From the NCBI GenBank assembly GCA_907165135.1, contig OU015567.1:992001-1056000 (forward strand): a stretch of 64,000 nt of DNA, read 5' to 3'. Shown piece after piece: positions 13,201 to 25,323 of the stretch. The translations under genes were made by a program, and so were the position numbers. The DNA is from Oikopleura dioica (Eukaryota; Animalia; Chordata). The notes below the pieces were generated by a model. The model searched no databases, was not told the DNA's origin, and was given only the letters and a program-made list of their open reading frames with translations. Position 1 is the stretch's first letter. The number at the start of each line of letters is the position of its first letter.

Positions 13201-13497
13201 CTAAAGTAAAGGTTGGGGTAAGGGTTAGGGTAAGGGTTAGGGTTTGAGTTAGGATTCGGCTTTGGGTTAGGGTTGAGGATTTAGATTTAGGGGGTTAGCA
13301 TCAGGAAATTTCGACAAATTTTGCATGGAAATTTTAAACCAATCAGAAGCCTGGATTTGGCGTTCCGGCCAATAAGGAGCCAAGGAACTGCCCACGCAAA
13401 ATCTGTCGATATATTTGTCGGCTACTGACGCTACCCACTTAACAAAATCCCCTAACCCTAACCCTAACCCTAACCCTTATCCTTACCTTTACTTTAG
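13201..13497. repeat. Foldback element with telomere-like (TTAGGG/TAAGGG)n arms around a family-G MITE core (~13291-13438)
   Basis: Left arm CTAAAGTAAAGG..GGGTAAGGGTTAGGGTAAGGGTTAGGG. Right arm (CCCTAA)4..CCTTACCTTTACTTTAG. The arms are inverted relative to each other; no TSD seen. Confidence 0.8.
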
Positions 13498-13888
13498 CCA
13501 AAAGCAAAAAGGGAGTTTCCCAAAAAGTAAAAGAAATTGCAGATTTGATTAGATTTGTGCTTTTATATGAATTCAAGTTATTAAATTTCTGCGCGAATCT
13601 TTGATCCTCGCGCCCAGTGAGAAAAAAAAACTGCTATCTAAAGAATGATTCGATTACGAAACGCAATCAGTACACCTTGGCCTGGCGAGCACGTTCTGCT
13701 CCAATTCTTTTAGCGCGTCAAAATAAACGCAGATATACTTTTCGAAACATGGCGAAAGGGAGAAAGCGTCTCTTTAGCTGGAGTTGTTTCCGAAACGGTT
13801 TCTTTACGGAAATAAACAAGATTTTTGGACAGATTGCGAAATGTCAGTTTGGTAGAGGTTTAACTGTAGATTCGGCCGACAGTGGTTA

Positions 13889-14135
13889 TGTCGCCAAATG
13901 ACACTGAATGTCGCCCAATGTCGCTGAATGTCGCTGAATGTCGCTGAATAATATTGAATAACGCCGAATGTCGCCGAATGTCGCTGAATGTCGCTGAATG
14001 TCGCTGAATGTCGCTGAATGTCGTTGAATGTCGCTGAATGTCGCTGAATAATGTTGAATAGCGCGTAATGTCGCCCAATGTCCTTGAATGTCGCCCAATG
14101 TCGCTGAATGTCGCTGAATAGCGCCGAATGTCGCA
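13889..14135. repeat. 10-bp minisatellite (TGTCGCTGAA)n, about 24 units
   Basis: Direct tandem repeat visible in the sequence, with variants such as TGTCGCCCAA and TAATATTGAA. Confidence 0.95.
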
Positions 14136-15100
14136 GAAGAGGCGGATCTACATGCTTCGACTGATAATGTGGTTAGAACCCTGATTCAGGTTTTCTACAC
14201 AGGTTGTGAAGCCCAGTCTTGATTAGGCACCCTTTTTGGCAGCATTATTTGGATTCTTTCAGCTGAAAATTAACGACTGATTCAACCCTTATTCATTAGT
14301 CGATTATCCCTCTAAAACCCATGAATAAGCATCTCGCCACCTTTACGAGTACGATTGTAGGTGCAAGGTTTTCGCTTGTCTCACTCTCCATCTGACTTTT
14401 CTTGCGAGTTTGTGTTTGGCGGTGGCGCTCGAGAGCTTTTCTCTCATTTTGTTTCCACCAAAGAGCACCAACTCTACTCAACAAGCGCTGGAGCTGCTCG
14501 ACAAAAAATTTTACCATCATCAGCAAGTTAAAACCTTTTATCTATTTTTAGTCCGTTTTTGAGAAAACAAGAGGAAACCATAGAAAAAAAGAGATTTGCT
14601 GTGGAAAGTGATTTTTGAAGAAAAAGAAGGAAATTTTTGAAGAAACGAAAATTTGATAAAATAAGGTAATGAATCTTTTTGATCCAAAATTTCGGAAAAT
14701 TTTCTTATAAACCTACGATTTTTCTTCGATTTCTCATTGGCCCGAAAAAAATTTTAAATTTTGAGATATCAAAAATCTAGAATAACGCACGGGGTCCCTT
14801 TAAAACCATATTCAATTAAGGCCTTCCCCTTGATTGGTCAAATTTTGAGTAGAAATGGTATGTTGATTTTTTTTGGCCAGCTCAGTTTCAGCTTTAACAA
14901 CTCGTCACTTGTGTGATCTGAACAAATCCAAATCTCATAACAAGAGTCACCTCCTTAATCGTTTATTGTGTCCTAACGCCACAGTTCTAGCGCTCATTTT
15001 CGCTTGAGGTGCGAAATATATTTCTGACGAACAAAATAACAAACTCCCTAATTTTTAACTTCAATGAGGGCCACCCTTAATTTTCTAAGAAAAATCTTAA

Positions 15101-15182
15101 GGGCGTCTCGGAAATATTTATTCAATAAAATTTTCTCTAATACATTTTTTAGCTGCCAAAAAGCTAATTGGGGGTTACGCCC
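15101..15182. mobile_element. 82-bp TTAA-flanked mini element (Kolobok-like ends)
   Basis: TTAA|GGGCGT...ACGCCC|TTAA. Similar TTAAGGGTGTC / GACACCCTTAA ends recur widely, e.g. 17800-17963, 18839-18930, 20450, 28592, 47948 and 62026. Confidence 0.6.
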
Positions 15183-15528
15183 TTAATTTACTCGAAGCTT
15201 TACAAAGATAAGTACAGCTAACAGGTCCCCTCCCTTAAAATCCAAAAAACTTGAAAATTTAATCAAAAAACAATCCCGGGCGGTGTCGACTGACGTAATT
15301 CGCGAATTCGGAAAAGTGTCTCTTTCGGGAATTTTAAAATTTGCGGAACGTCTCCAGAGCGCAAATTAATTCGCGCAGCAACTTTGTTTGGAATATTTTG
15401 AGCTGCTTCCCTGCCCGCATTGTTGAGAGTTTCACTCATCAGAAATTAATTTCATCCCTTTTTTCAATCTTTTTTACTCTTCAAAAGGCGTTCAGACTTG
15501 CCCTGAGCTCGGAAACCTGTGTGGATAT

Positions 15529-16169
15529 CCTGAGTCAGGGCTTACAGCATCCTGAGTCAGGGCTTGCAGAATCCTGAGTCATGGCCTGCAGCTTCCTGAG
15601 TCAGGGCCTGCAGCATCCTGAGTCAGGACCTGTAGAATCCTGAGTCAGGGCCTGCAGCATCCTGAGTCAGGGCCTGCAGCATCCTGAGTCAGGACCTGTA
15701 GAATCCTGAGTCAGGGCCTGCAGCATCCTGAGTCAGGGCCTGCAGCATCCTGAGTCAGGACCTGTAGAATCCTGAGTCAGGGCCTGCAGCATCCTGAGTC
15801 AGGGCCTGCAGCATCCTGAGTCAGGACCTGTAGAATCCTGAGTCAGGGCCTGCAGCATCCTGAGTCAGGGCCTGCAGCATCCTGAGTCAGGACCTGTAGA
15901 ATCCTGAGTCAGGGCCTGCAGCATCCTGAGTCAGGACCTGTGGAATCCTGAGTCAGGGCCTGCAGCATCCTGAGTCAGGACCTGTGGAATCCTGAGCCAG
16001 GGTCAGTAGAATCCTGAGTAAGGGCCTATAGTCTATAGGCTATAGAATTCTGACTCAGGGCCTGGAGAGTCCTGAGTCAGGGTCTGAAAAATCCTGAGTC
16101 AGGGTCTGTAGAATCCTGAATCAAGGCTTGCCGAATCCTGAATCAGGGTCTCTCGAGTCCTGACTCAGG
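15529..16169. repeat. 22-bp minisatellite, about 29 units, with an A-A-B higher-order structure and a TGAGTCA core
   Basis: Unit A is CCTGAGTCAGGGCCTGCAGCAT and unit B is CCTGAGTCAGGACCTGTAGAAT. The centre is homogeneous and the edges are degenerate. Confidence 0.95.
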
Positions 16170-17799
16170 TTCACAGAGACCGATAAAAATGCAAATTTAT
16201 TGATCAAAAATATGCATAAGTCAAAAGCTAATGCATTTATGGATCCTTGATTTATCAAGTTTATTGATTATTGAAACCTCAATTTTGCGAGATGATCTTT
16301 TAATTGCTCCTCGATTTTGCCAAAACGTGAAATTCAAGATGAAAATTGACTTGACTCTCTTCGAAAAGCCAGTTCACGAAATTTAAAAGAGCAGGTTAAG
16401 AATTTAACCCTCTAGGGCTAAGACGGTTTTTGCGGAAAAATGAGAAGAATTTTGAAGGGAAAAGAGACTTTTTTTTGATGAAAAAAAATTGTGAAATTTC
16501 AATTTTCTTCGAGAAAAAAATTATGTGAACACGTTGAGCGAATTAATTTCGCATTATGGGCGTGAAAATTGAGCTCTTAGGGAGTTAGCGGAATAAACGG
16601 ACGGATCATCAGGGAATTCGGCGAAGAATATGGCTGCTTTTCGCACCTTTTACTGGTCATCCTTGTTTTCTGATAAAACTGCGTCAAGTATTTTGCACGG
16701 CCAAAAAGGGTTGAAGCTATTTTCGAGCCGTTTTTTGAGCCGAACGATCGATTTTGAACATTTTCGGTTAATTTGAAAAGGTCAAAATCGATTTTTTCCC
16801 GTGAAAAAAGGTCAAAAAAGGTTGGAAAAAGCGATGAACTTGAAAAACCTGGGAAAAATTATCAAAGTGCGAAGATTTATTGGCGCAAATTGGAGGGAAC
16901 GGGAATATGGTGTGAAATAGAATTTCACGTTTGGCGGATTAGAGAGAGGTTAAATCTAACTTGTTTTATTTTTTCTAGAGCGGGTTGGTCTTTTTCTGGC
17001 GCTGGGAAAGATCAAACCTTTTTCATCCCTTTTTGGGGGCTGGAGAAGAAAAATTGGTGAAATCTTGATTTTATGGGGCGCTCTGTAAAAAATCTTTTTG
17101 AGAATTAAGGGTGTCTCTTCCATAATTCAATTTATCAAAAGATCAACTTTTTCTTAAGAATTTTTTCTCTTAAGCATTTTTTACGGGATAAAAACGCAAT
17201 TGTAAAATTTGACCTTTAATTTTATTGTCAATTAAGGGTGTCAAAAACATAATTGATTTACAAGTTCTTAAAAAAAGCGATTGGTAAAGGGTAAAAAGTA
17301 TAAAATTGAATTTTCTTCCATCTTTTTCTAGTGTCAATTAAGGTCGTGTAAAAGGAAAAAAGGAGAGAGAGCCGGTAAAAAAGGAGATCATTATTTTTCG
17401 AGTCCCTTGTTTCAAATGACAACAATTTTGATTAAGAAACACTCTCAGCAAAAACAAAGTAATCCCACATTCGCGAAAACGTGTGACTCTATTTGAATCG
17501 CTTTCTGTAAGAATGGGATTACAAAGAGAGGGGGCCCTACCCTTAGAGCGATTCAGAGTGGATTTCCTGCTCAAAATAAATTGGCCGCCACCCCACGTGT
17601 TTGAAACAATATTCCTCGGAAGGGATTTCCGATCGAATATTTAAAATAGCAAAGTGTTCAATTGTTGACACAAGAATTAAGGGGATCCGATCCGGAGAAA
17701 CGGGAATTCTTCGTATCAAAGAGAGAGACCGTCTAACAAAAGAATTGCTGAAATTCGCTTGACTGAAAAATCTAGGGTCTTCCTGTTTTCAAAAATTAA

Positions 17800-17963
17800 G
17801 GGTGTCAACTCTGTTTTGCAGCTTTTTAAGAAACAAAATTAGGGTCTCGCCTACAAAAACTCATTCAATTCCAAGTGAAAATTTACTTATGTTTCATGAG
17901 TTTTTGCAGGGTACACCCTTATTTTTCTAACATTCAGAAAGCTTCAAAACATTGTTGAGACCC
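17800..17963. mobile_element. TTAA-flanked GG..CC MITE (Kolobok-like)
   Basis: TTAA|GGGTGTCAAC ... GTTGAGACCC|TTAA (10-bp TIR, one mismatch). Confidence 0.65.
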
Positions 17964-19554
17964 TTAATTTATGTTTGATCGAGATAAACTTTTATGATTA
18001 TTTACTGTAAATCAGTAATAATTGATGCCATTTACCAATTCTTTAGCCTCTCCTCCTCCTTATAACTCAGAAAAAAGGCGCATTCTAAAGTGTTCCGTAG
18101 CCCCTTCGTTTATTTCAATGAGCACTCTGGGCATTTCTCCCGACCGCAGTATTTGATGTTAGAAGTATTTTCGCTTCGCCCGTAATTTCGCTTTCTTGTT
18201 TTGAAAATGTTTAGTTTTTCTCTTTTGGACGGCTCGTCCAAAAACTTTTGACAGTTTATTTGGCGCATGTGTTTCTTTTTCGCTCATTTCTCTTTGTCTG
18301 AAACTCGTTCTTGAGACAAAACAAGAAATTCTGGGTCGATTGAAATATTTCCATAAGAGAGCGATACCCTTAAATTTCTAAAAAAGCTGAAAAATGGATC
18401 AAAAATTACCATTTTTTCCAAAATTTGGGCTTTTTTTGCTTGAAATTCTTCAAAATTTCACAAAAAATGACGGTTTTTCGAGTCAAAAACAGTTTTCAAA
18501 ATTGTTTGTTCAAAAAAAAAGTAAATTTACCCCGTAGGCTTAAAATTGATAAATATTGAAATTCGGAGAAAAAATTTATCACTTTTAATTTTTTTGAAAT
18601 TTTTGACTGAAACATGACAGAATTTATGTTAAACACGTTTTGGGAAAGTTTGGTAAAGTCTTGTATAATCCCGCGCCGCTTACCGAAAATCCAAAAGCCA
18701 CAGCATGATTCAGACACTACGATTAAAGTCGGCTGATTATACAATGACCGTTTTTGTCCGATCTTTAGAATGGCAGGGACAATTTTAAGGGCGTCTCTCC
18801 CTAATTCTTTTTGACAAAAATGACTAATTTTTCTTCAAATAAGGGTGTCAACAACGATTTTCAGAAGAACGATATTAATTGGTCGGATCATCAAGGAGAC
18901 CCTTATTGTATCATTATTGACACCCTTAATTTATATTAATTTTCCATCTTTATTGACCCTTTTTTCATGTTTATCCTTGTAAATGGTCACTTGATCAATT
19001 CCCAATTGATCCATTGACACTTGAACAAAGGAGCTCACTAACATCACTACTAACCCCCAACCCCGTCAAGTATCGGATGCCATTTTTTTTTCTTTTAAAA
19101 AAACTGTCAAAAGCAATTTTTTCAATAGAGATTCAGAAAAGCAGGATCGACCTCCAAGGCAATTTTTCCACGAATCCAAAAACTCATCATTTTAAAATCC
19201 CCAATTTCGAGTCCCGAATCTCCAATTATGCCCACGTGACTTCTCCCCTGTCCATCCTTTTTCTAAGCCCCGGCCAAAGCCCCGAAAAGCCCCAAGTGGC
19301 CATTTCGCGATTTCGCGATTTCGCTGGCCGCCTATTTCTTTGGCTACACCCTGACCTCTATTCTCCAAAATCAGAAGACGCCAAAACGGACAGTGATAAA
19401 TTTGCCACTCGGCAGGGACCATCTGTCATTTTTTTCTCTCTGCCCTGCACTTTTTAGAAAGATAAAAAAGGTGGCTCTTTATGACAGTTGAAAACCAATC
19501 AATCAATTTTTTTCGCACTTTTTTTTCAGAAGACTCTACATTTTAGCCGAAAAT

Positions 19555-19870
19555 AAAAAAAAAAGAAGGAAAAAGCGGCTGAAATCGAAAGCCGCGCAGC
19601 GGCTTTTCTATTAACGAAGCCGCGTAGCGGCTTCGCCAAAACTTACTTCGAATTTCGGAGCAAATTCTGGCGAATTATTGGCGAAAAATTCTGAGATTGA
19701 AAGCCGCGCAGCGGCTTATTTAATTAAGGAAGCCGCGTAGCGGCTTCGGCAGAATTTATTACGAATGTCGAAGTAAGTTTTGGAGAAGCCGCTACGCGGC
19801 TCCGTTAATAGAAAAGCCGCTGCGCGGCTTTCAATTTCAGCCGCTTTTTTCTCGTTCTTTTTTACTTTCG
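19555..19870. repeat. Composite foldback built from six AAGCCGC-N3-GCGGCTT palindromes
   Basis: Arms of about 100 bp are inverted (AAAGCGGCTGAAATCGAAAGCCGCGCAGCGGCTTTTCTATTAACG.. / ..CGTTAATAGAAAAGCCGCTGCGCGGCTTTCAATTTCAGCCGCTTT), with two more palindromes in the middle. Confidence 0.9.
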
Positions 19871-21166
19871 CTTCCCTGACTCAGATTATTACTTTCTCAA
19901 GAAATTTCTTTCTGTAAAATTATCTGATTTGCCAGAGCTCCAACAAACCCAGTGGATACGACTTTTTCGATAAGCAAAAAAGCAACACTTACTTTTGATA
20001 AAAAAAAAGTAGCGCGGCCTTGTTTTCACCACGTAGGGCGCGTGTTTTTGGAGATAATCAGTCTTCCGCAATGCTAGAATTGCTGAGGTGAACGCAAACG
20101 CCGCCGCCTTCATGCACGTGCTTCTTCAGAGAACGGAATGTGAATAACAAGGCCAGGCTCTAATTCGCAAAATCGAAGACAATATTCAATCCACAGCTCG
20201 TGCTTAGCCGCATTCTTCACTCCACAGAAAACATTCTTGCTAGCCGCAGCTTATTTTTTTTCGAAATCAAATTCTCAAGCTTAGAAATTTTCGAGTCGAA
20301 AAATCAAATTCTAGATTTTACTAGACTCCAAAATTCTAGGGCATTTTTGGGCAAGGAAAAAGCCGCCTGCGGCTTTTCTGTCCATTATTCTTCAAAGCCG
20401 CACGCGGCTTTTTTCTCCTATGCTCAAATTATTTGGCGAAATCGATGTTGACACCCTTAAAAAAAGAAGTCTGAAAAGAAGCAAAAAAACCGCGGAAGCG
20501 ATAAAATAAAGAGGCCAAGCATTCCCATGGTAATTTGGGAAGCAATTTTCATAATTATGAGAAAGTTGAATCGTCCATTGTTACCGCTAATTTGAGGCGA
20601 TTACGAACGTTATGTAAATAAAAAGACAATTGCCAAGTTTGCGATGAGCTGGCGCGTTTTGTCGCGACTCAAATTAAAGATTAAAAAAATGATACAATTC
20701 TTCTTATATTTTGCAGTTAAATAAGTATATTCTTGACTCATGATAATAGTTGATACCATTCGTTATTATTATCATAATTGCCCTAGTCATTAAATTTATT
20801 GTAATAGACAGATGTTCATAATCATTAATTGAGACCTTATTGGAAGACATCTTACAAGTTACATGTTTTTACTACTAAGTAAGTGGAGGTTTTTGCTGAT
20901 CAAAAAATGTTCTCAAATATTCAAATAATTGAATTAATTTTTCTTCTTTCTTCTTCCAGTTTTTCGGGTGGTTTTTCTTTTTAAATAAAATAAGGAACAT
21001 GCTAATAAACAGCTTTATATATTTGAAAAAAGGTTAATTTTGACAAGAAAGGGCCTCTCCACAATTAACACATTTAACCCATGGGCGCAGGTGCTTTCAG
21101 TTCATTGAAATGATCTTTTCAAAGTTCATTTTTGACGAAATCTTCGGAGAAAAATGAGATTTGAGA

Positions 21167-21296
21167 CCTGAGTCAGGGATTCAAGAATCTTCGATCGAAA
21201 GATTTTTCAGACCCTGACTCAGGTTAAAATCTCATTTTTCTGAGTCAGGGTTTGAACGATCCTCTGAAAGATTATTCAGACCCTGACTCAGGTTTT
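21167..21296. repeat. Two tandem hairpin modules CTGAGTCAGGG..CCCTGACTCAG
   Basis: Four TGA(G/C)TCA cores in alternating orientation, with the same core as the 22-bp array. Confidence 0.8.
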
Positions 21297-22619
21297 TTAC
21301 GCAGGTTGAAACCGTTATTTTTAAGCTTCAAAATGTTCTTCTTCAATCAGAACTTCCGCGGCTGTAAAAATATCGGTCACCCTAAACTCGCTGAGCCAAA
21401 TTTGTCGTCTCAGTTGGATCCAGCGCTCGATCCCCTTAGCTACAATTTGAACCGCTCCTCATTTGAAAAACACAGCGGGCGGGGATGAGCCCAAAATACT
21501 GTTTCTGGAAATACGAGGAAACGCGCTCTCCCCCCGCTCCCGCGCTAGAATTGCGATATCCGCCGCGATGCGTAATAACCAGTCATTCGAGCATTTCGGA
21601 AATGTTGAACAGTCGCTCAATCAAAAAAGAAATTTGGGCAGAGGGGATTTTTATTGCGAAAAAAAGAGGAAGAAAAGGGTCAGACTGAATCCACGTCGTT
21701 TTGGTTGTGTGAATCTGCTGAGTCGCTTCTTCGGTCGGAAGCGGGCTGAAAATTGAATCAAAAGCGCGGCTAACGGAGACAAGTCGAAAGCCGCGTGCGG
21801 CTCGCGCGGGAAAAAATGAGGATATTTTTCGAGAGAAAGCCGCGCTTTTTTTCTTTCTAGGTCATTTTTTTATCAAAAGCACTCGAGTCGAAAGCCGCGC
21901 GCGGCTTTTTTCGAATTCAGTTTTTTTTTTCGATTTTTTTTTCATGATAATGAATTTCGAAAAATCCTGGCCAACTCAGAAGCATGAATAAAACTCAGTG
22001 AAATGCAGCTTATTCGAGTCATGGTTTTGGGTTTTTGTTATTCTGACTTACGCGGATATCTGTCAGGTGACCCTTCGACTCGTACTCCGAATGAGAAGTT
22101 TGGAGACTGGCAGACGTCATCTCAACTGTGTTCAACTGTCAAGCGCTTTTCTAGTGATTTTTTCGTTGCGACATCGGGTTTTTTTTTATAGTCTACTGGC
22201 GCCGGATTTATTTTGAGACTATTTTAAACGTTTTTTAATTAATTTTTTTCCAATTTTTTTTAATATTTTGAATTTTTATAATTTTTTAAATTTTTTTCAA
22301 TTTTTTTATCCTTTTTTTTGTTCAATAAATATAAAAAAAATGAATTTTAAATAAAATTGTTTTTTTTTTAAATAATTTATGATCATTTTTTTCATCTTGA
22401 AATTAAAATCAACAAAATCTTCAATTGTAGCTCCCTGTAAGTTGTTCCAATTTCGCGAGTTTTAACAGTAGCGATTTTCGATCTGCAGAATTTTATCTGC
22501 GGCGGGGGCTGATACTGCCACTTCCGTGCCTATCTTGTTCCTGTCACCTTAACCCTCGATAAGAGAGAGCGCCGCGCTAGAAAGTGGTACGTAGCGCTGT
22601 AGAACACGTTTACTGGGAG

Positions 22620-23240
22620 GAGGAGGCGTCTGTTTTCAAGCTGAGCAGCTCTGATTTCGCCACATTCGAACTTGCGCCAGATCGGAGACGAGAGAGAGCT
22701 GACGCTTTTTCACGAATCGTGGTCCTGAAAAAAGCTTAAAAAAAAACGCGGTTTTTTTTATTAAATCGAGAGCCGCTTGCGGCTCGAGCGAAAAAGTCGA
22801 AAGAAAAGCCGCTCGCGGCTTTTGGAAAAAATATTTAACCAAAAGCCGCGCGCGGCTTTTCTTGTTTAGAGTTTTTTGAGTCCAAAAAACTTTCTTTCAA
22901 AAAGAGCAATTTCAAAAGCCGCGCGCGGCTTTTATTTATTGCATTTTTTTGTTGGAAAGCGCATTTTTTACCAGATCTTTTCGTTTTTGGTTGAACTGCT
23001 GGAATCGACGAGTTGTTTTTCGTTTTTTTCTTGGTTGTCGTTTTCTTGGAGCGGGACGCATCTACGGCGATAAGAAAGAGCGATAAAAACACCCGTTGGT
23101 TATCAGATCTTTTCGCCTTACCGATATATGCAGATGATGCAATAGAGAATGGAGGCTTTTTCGAGGCTCTAAACTTACCGCAGATTGTTTTTGATAAGGA
23201 TAAACGTTCTTTGAACCTTTCATAATGAAACGACCAGCAC
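22620..23240 (-). CDS. Possible exons of a hypothetical Lys/Ser-rich protein
   Basis: GT-AG-bounded short open segments, e.g. DASRSKKTTTKKKTKNNSSIPAVQPKTKRS (~23058-22975), with a family-P cluster in the putative intron. No complete model. Confidence 0.3.
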
Positions 23241-23575
23241 CAAAAATAACATCACAAGCACTGAATGAAATCAAATTATAGAGCAATTTGGGGATCGGAA
23301 AACTCTGTTTGTTTCGAAAAAAGACAGCCAGTTTAGGGTTTATACCTAAGGATTATTGTAGAAAAATGAAACTGATTTTATTCGGCAACTATTTTTAAAA
23401 ACTTTAAATTCATTTATATTTTTGACAATAATTTTCTGAATTTTATTACGGTCAGGGCTTGCAATTTCTGGCCTTGCAATTACACGGTTATTGGCGGAAA
23501 TCCCAAAAATTTTTGCATTTTCACAAAAGGGCATTTTAATATTTATCAACGCAGATGAACTAATTATTGAATATG

Positions 23576-24029
23576 TAGGGGAAATCACTAATAATTGAGC
23601 TTTTTTTCTAGCTTAGTAGGGTGGGACTATAATACAGTTTTAGAATCCCCAGAAGCTGGGGATCATTTTGACTATTGATAGTCGGGGGTGATCTCGTACC
23701 AGATTTTGGGACTTCGGAGGGGATGGTGTCTGGAACCGACAAAAAAATTTCGACAAATTTTGCGGAGGCGGCTACTCGGCTGCTGATTGGCCGCTAAGCC
23801 GAATCCAGGCTTCTGATTGGTTGAAAATTTCCACGCAAAATTTGTCGAAATTTTTTTGTCGGTTCCAGATACCTCCCCCTTCGGAGGTATCTAAATGCCC
23901 TCAGGGTACGAGATCACCCCCGACTATCAATAGTCAAAATGATCCCCAGCTTCTGGGGATTCTAAAACTGTATTATAGTCCCACCCTACTAAGCTAGAAA
24001 AAAAGCTCAATTATTAGTGATTTCCCCTA
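23576..24029. mobile_element. hAT-type MITE with perfect 125-bp TIRs (middle layer)
   Basis: TIRs at 23576-23700 and 23905-24029, starting TAGGGGAAATCACT. Perfect 8-bp TSD TGAATATG (23568-23575, 24030-24037). Confidence 0.95.
23720..23878. mobile_element. Family-G MITE (inner layer)
   Basis: GGGATGGTGTCTGGAACCGACAAAA ... TTTTGTCGGTTCCAGATACCTCCCC with a perfect 8-bp TSD CTTCGGAG. Confidence 0.93.
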
Positions 24030-24268
24030 TGAATATGTAAAGAATATAATTTCTTCTAGAGCCCAAAAATAACCGCAGGATAAAATTAAAGCAAGCAAAT
24101 TACCTTTTTTGAAGGAAAAAGACCCCAAAATTTCTTAAAAATTGCAATTTTGCCTTTAGATTTTGAGGCTTGCAATTACACGGGTTTCGGCAAAAATCCC
24201 GATATAAAAAAACAGTGAAATTGCAAGCCCTGACTGTATATAATTTTATAAAAAAATAAGGCGAAAAT

Positions 24269-24420
24269 GGGGTGGTGTCAGGAGCCAACAAAAAAATTTC
24301 GACGAATTTTGCGTGGAAATTTTCAACAAATGAAATTCGGCTATTCGACCAATCAGAAGCCGAGTAGCCCTAACGCAAAATTTTTCGAAATTTTTTGTCG
24401 GACCCTAACCCCTTCGAAAA
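24269..24420. mobile_element. Degenerate family-G MITE, followed by a decayed telomere-like arm (~24500-24550)
   Basis: GGGGTGGTGTCAGGAGCCAACAAAAAAATTTCGACG.. core. The right end is rearranged. Confidence 0.7.
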
Positions 24421-25166
24421 GGGGAATAGGTGAGAGCGATTTTTTGCTAGGCTGTGATTGGCTGTTACAAACCATACTTCCATCTGATTTGCTTAACCCG
24501 TACCCAACCCTTAGTCTCCCTCTAACCCTTAATTTTACCCCTTTCTTAGCCCTCAAAATCATAAAAAATAGTCAAATATAAAGGGATATGCGCAAAACAT
24601 ATCCACCTTCCTCCAAAATGTGGCGAATCCGATTATTATCTTCGCTAGATTAAAATAAAATACAAAAAGATAAGCGATAATGCTAATCTCCCAAAACATA
24701 TCCGGCCTTTTAAAGTTTCACCATAACCCCTAACCTATTACAAGTACCTTCTAAGGAACATTTCAAAATTGCCCCGTCTTATCTTTTCTGTCTTAGTAGC
24801 TTGTGCGAGGAAATTTTATTTGGCGAAAATTTGCGATAAAAGATAAAGTTCTAAAGCTACGCGAAAACGGCTTCCAAGCGCATAATAAAATGGGTGACGC
24901 CTTTCCAACAATAAACTCTTCTTTTTGCTAGATTTTTTTGCGGTTCAGGATTTTGGAAATTGAGCTGGCTAAGCTCAAAGCTACAATTTTTTATTTCGAA
25001 CAGGGCTGCAAAAAAAGCAAACAAAAAAAAAACAGCTCCAGGAATCGCAAATAATAGGGATGCCATCAAAAATTATTTTTTTTTTCAAAAAATAAGCATA
25101 GACTATGCTGCATAATGATACCCTTATTTTATCTAACAAAATAAGATGTCAGCGTGAATTATTAAG

Positions 25167-25323
25167 GGGGTGACGCCAAAAACCGACAGAAATTTGGATA
25201 AATTTTGCGTGGGCGGCTACTAGGCTTCTGATGGGCCAGTAAGCCGAATTCAGGCTTCTGATTGGCTGAAATTTTAAAAGCGAAATTCGTCGGGATTTCC
25301 ATGTCTGTTCCTAACATCTCCCC
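25167..25323. mobile_element. Family-G MITE
   Basis: GGGGTGACGCC ... AACATCTCCCC with a perfect 8-bp TSD TTATTAAG (25159-25166, 25324-25331). Confidence 0.88.

Larger units (their letters stand above)
23449..24236. mobile_element. Tc1/mariner-type MITE (outer host of a nested stack)
   Basis: TA|CGGTCAGGGCTTGCAATTT ... AAATTGCAAGCCCTGACTG|TA: 19-bp TIR with one mismatch and a TA TSD. Confidence 0.8.

Noticed and set aside
13201-13497. True chromosome end
   Set aside because: The tracts are short, degenerate, inverted around a core and flanked by unique sequence on both sides.
13860-14098. ORFs with SATFSDIQRH repeats
   Set aside because: These are translations of a 10-bp minisatellite, open in two frames, with no splice context or unique domain.
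15529-16169. 22-bp array as a CRISPR array or repeat-protein gene
   Set aside because: The units are contiguous with no unique spacers, and the 22-bp period is not a multiple of 3 and gives no sustained ORF.
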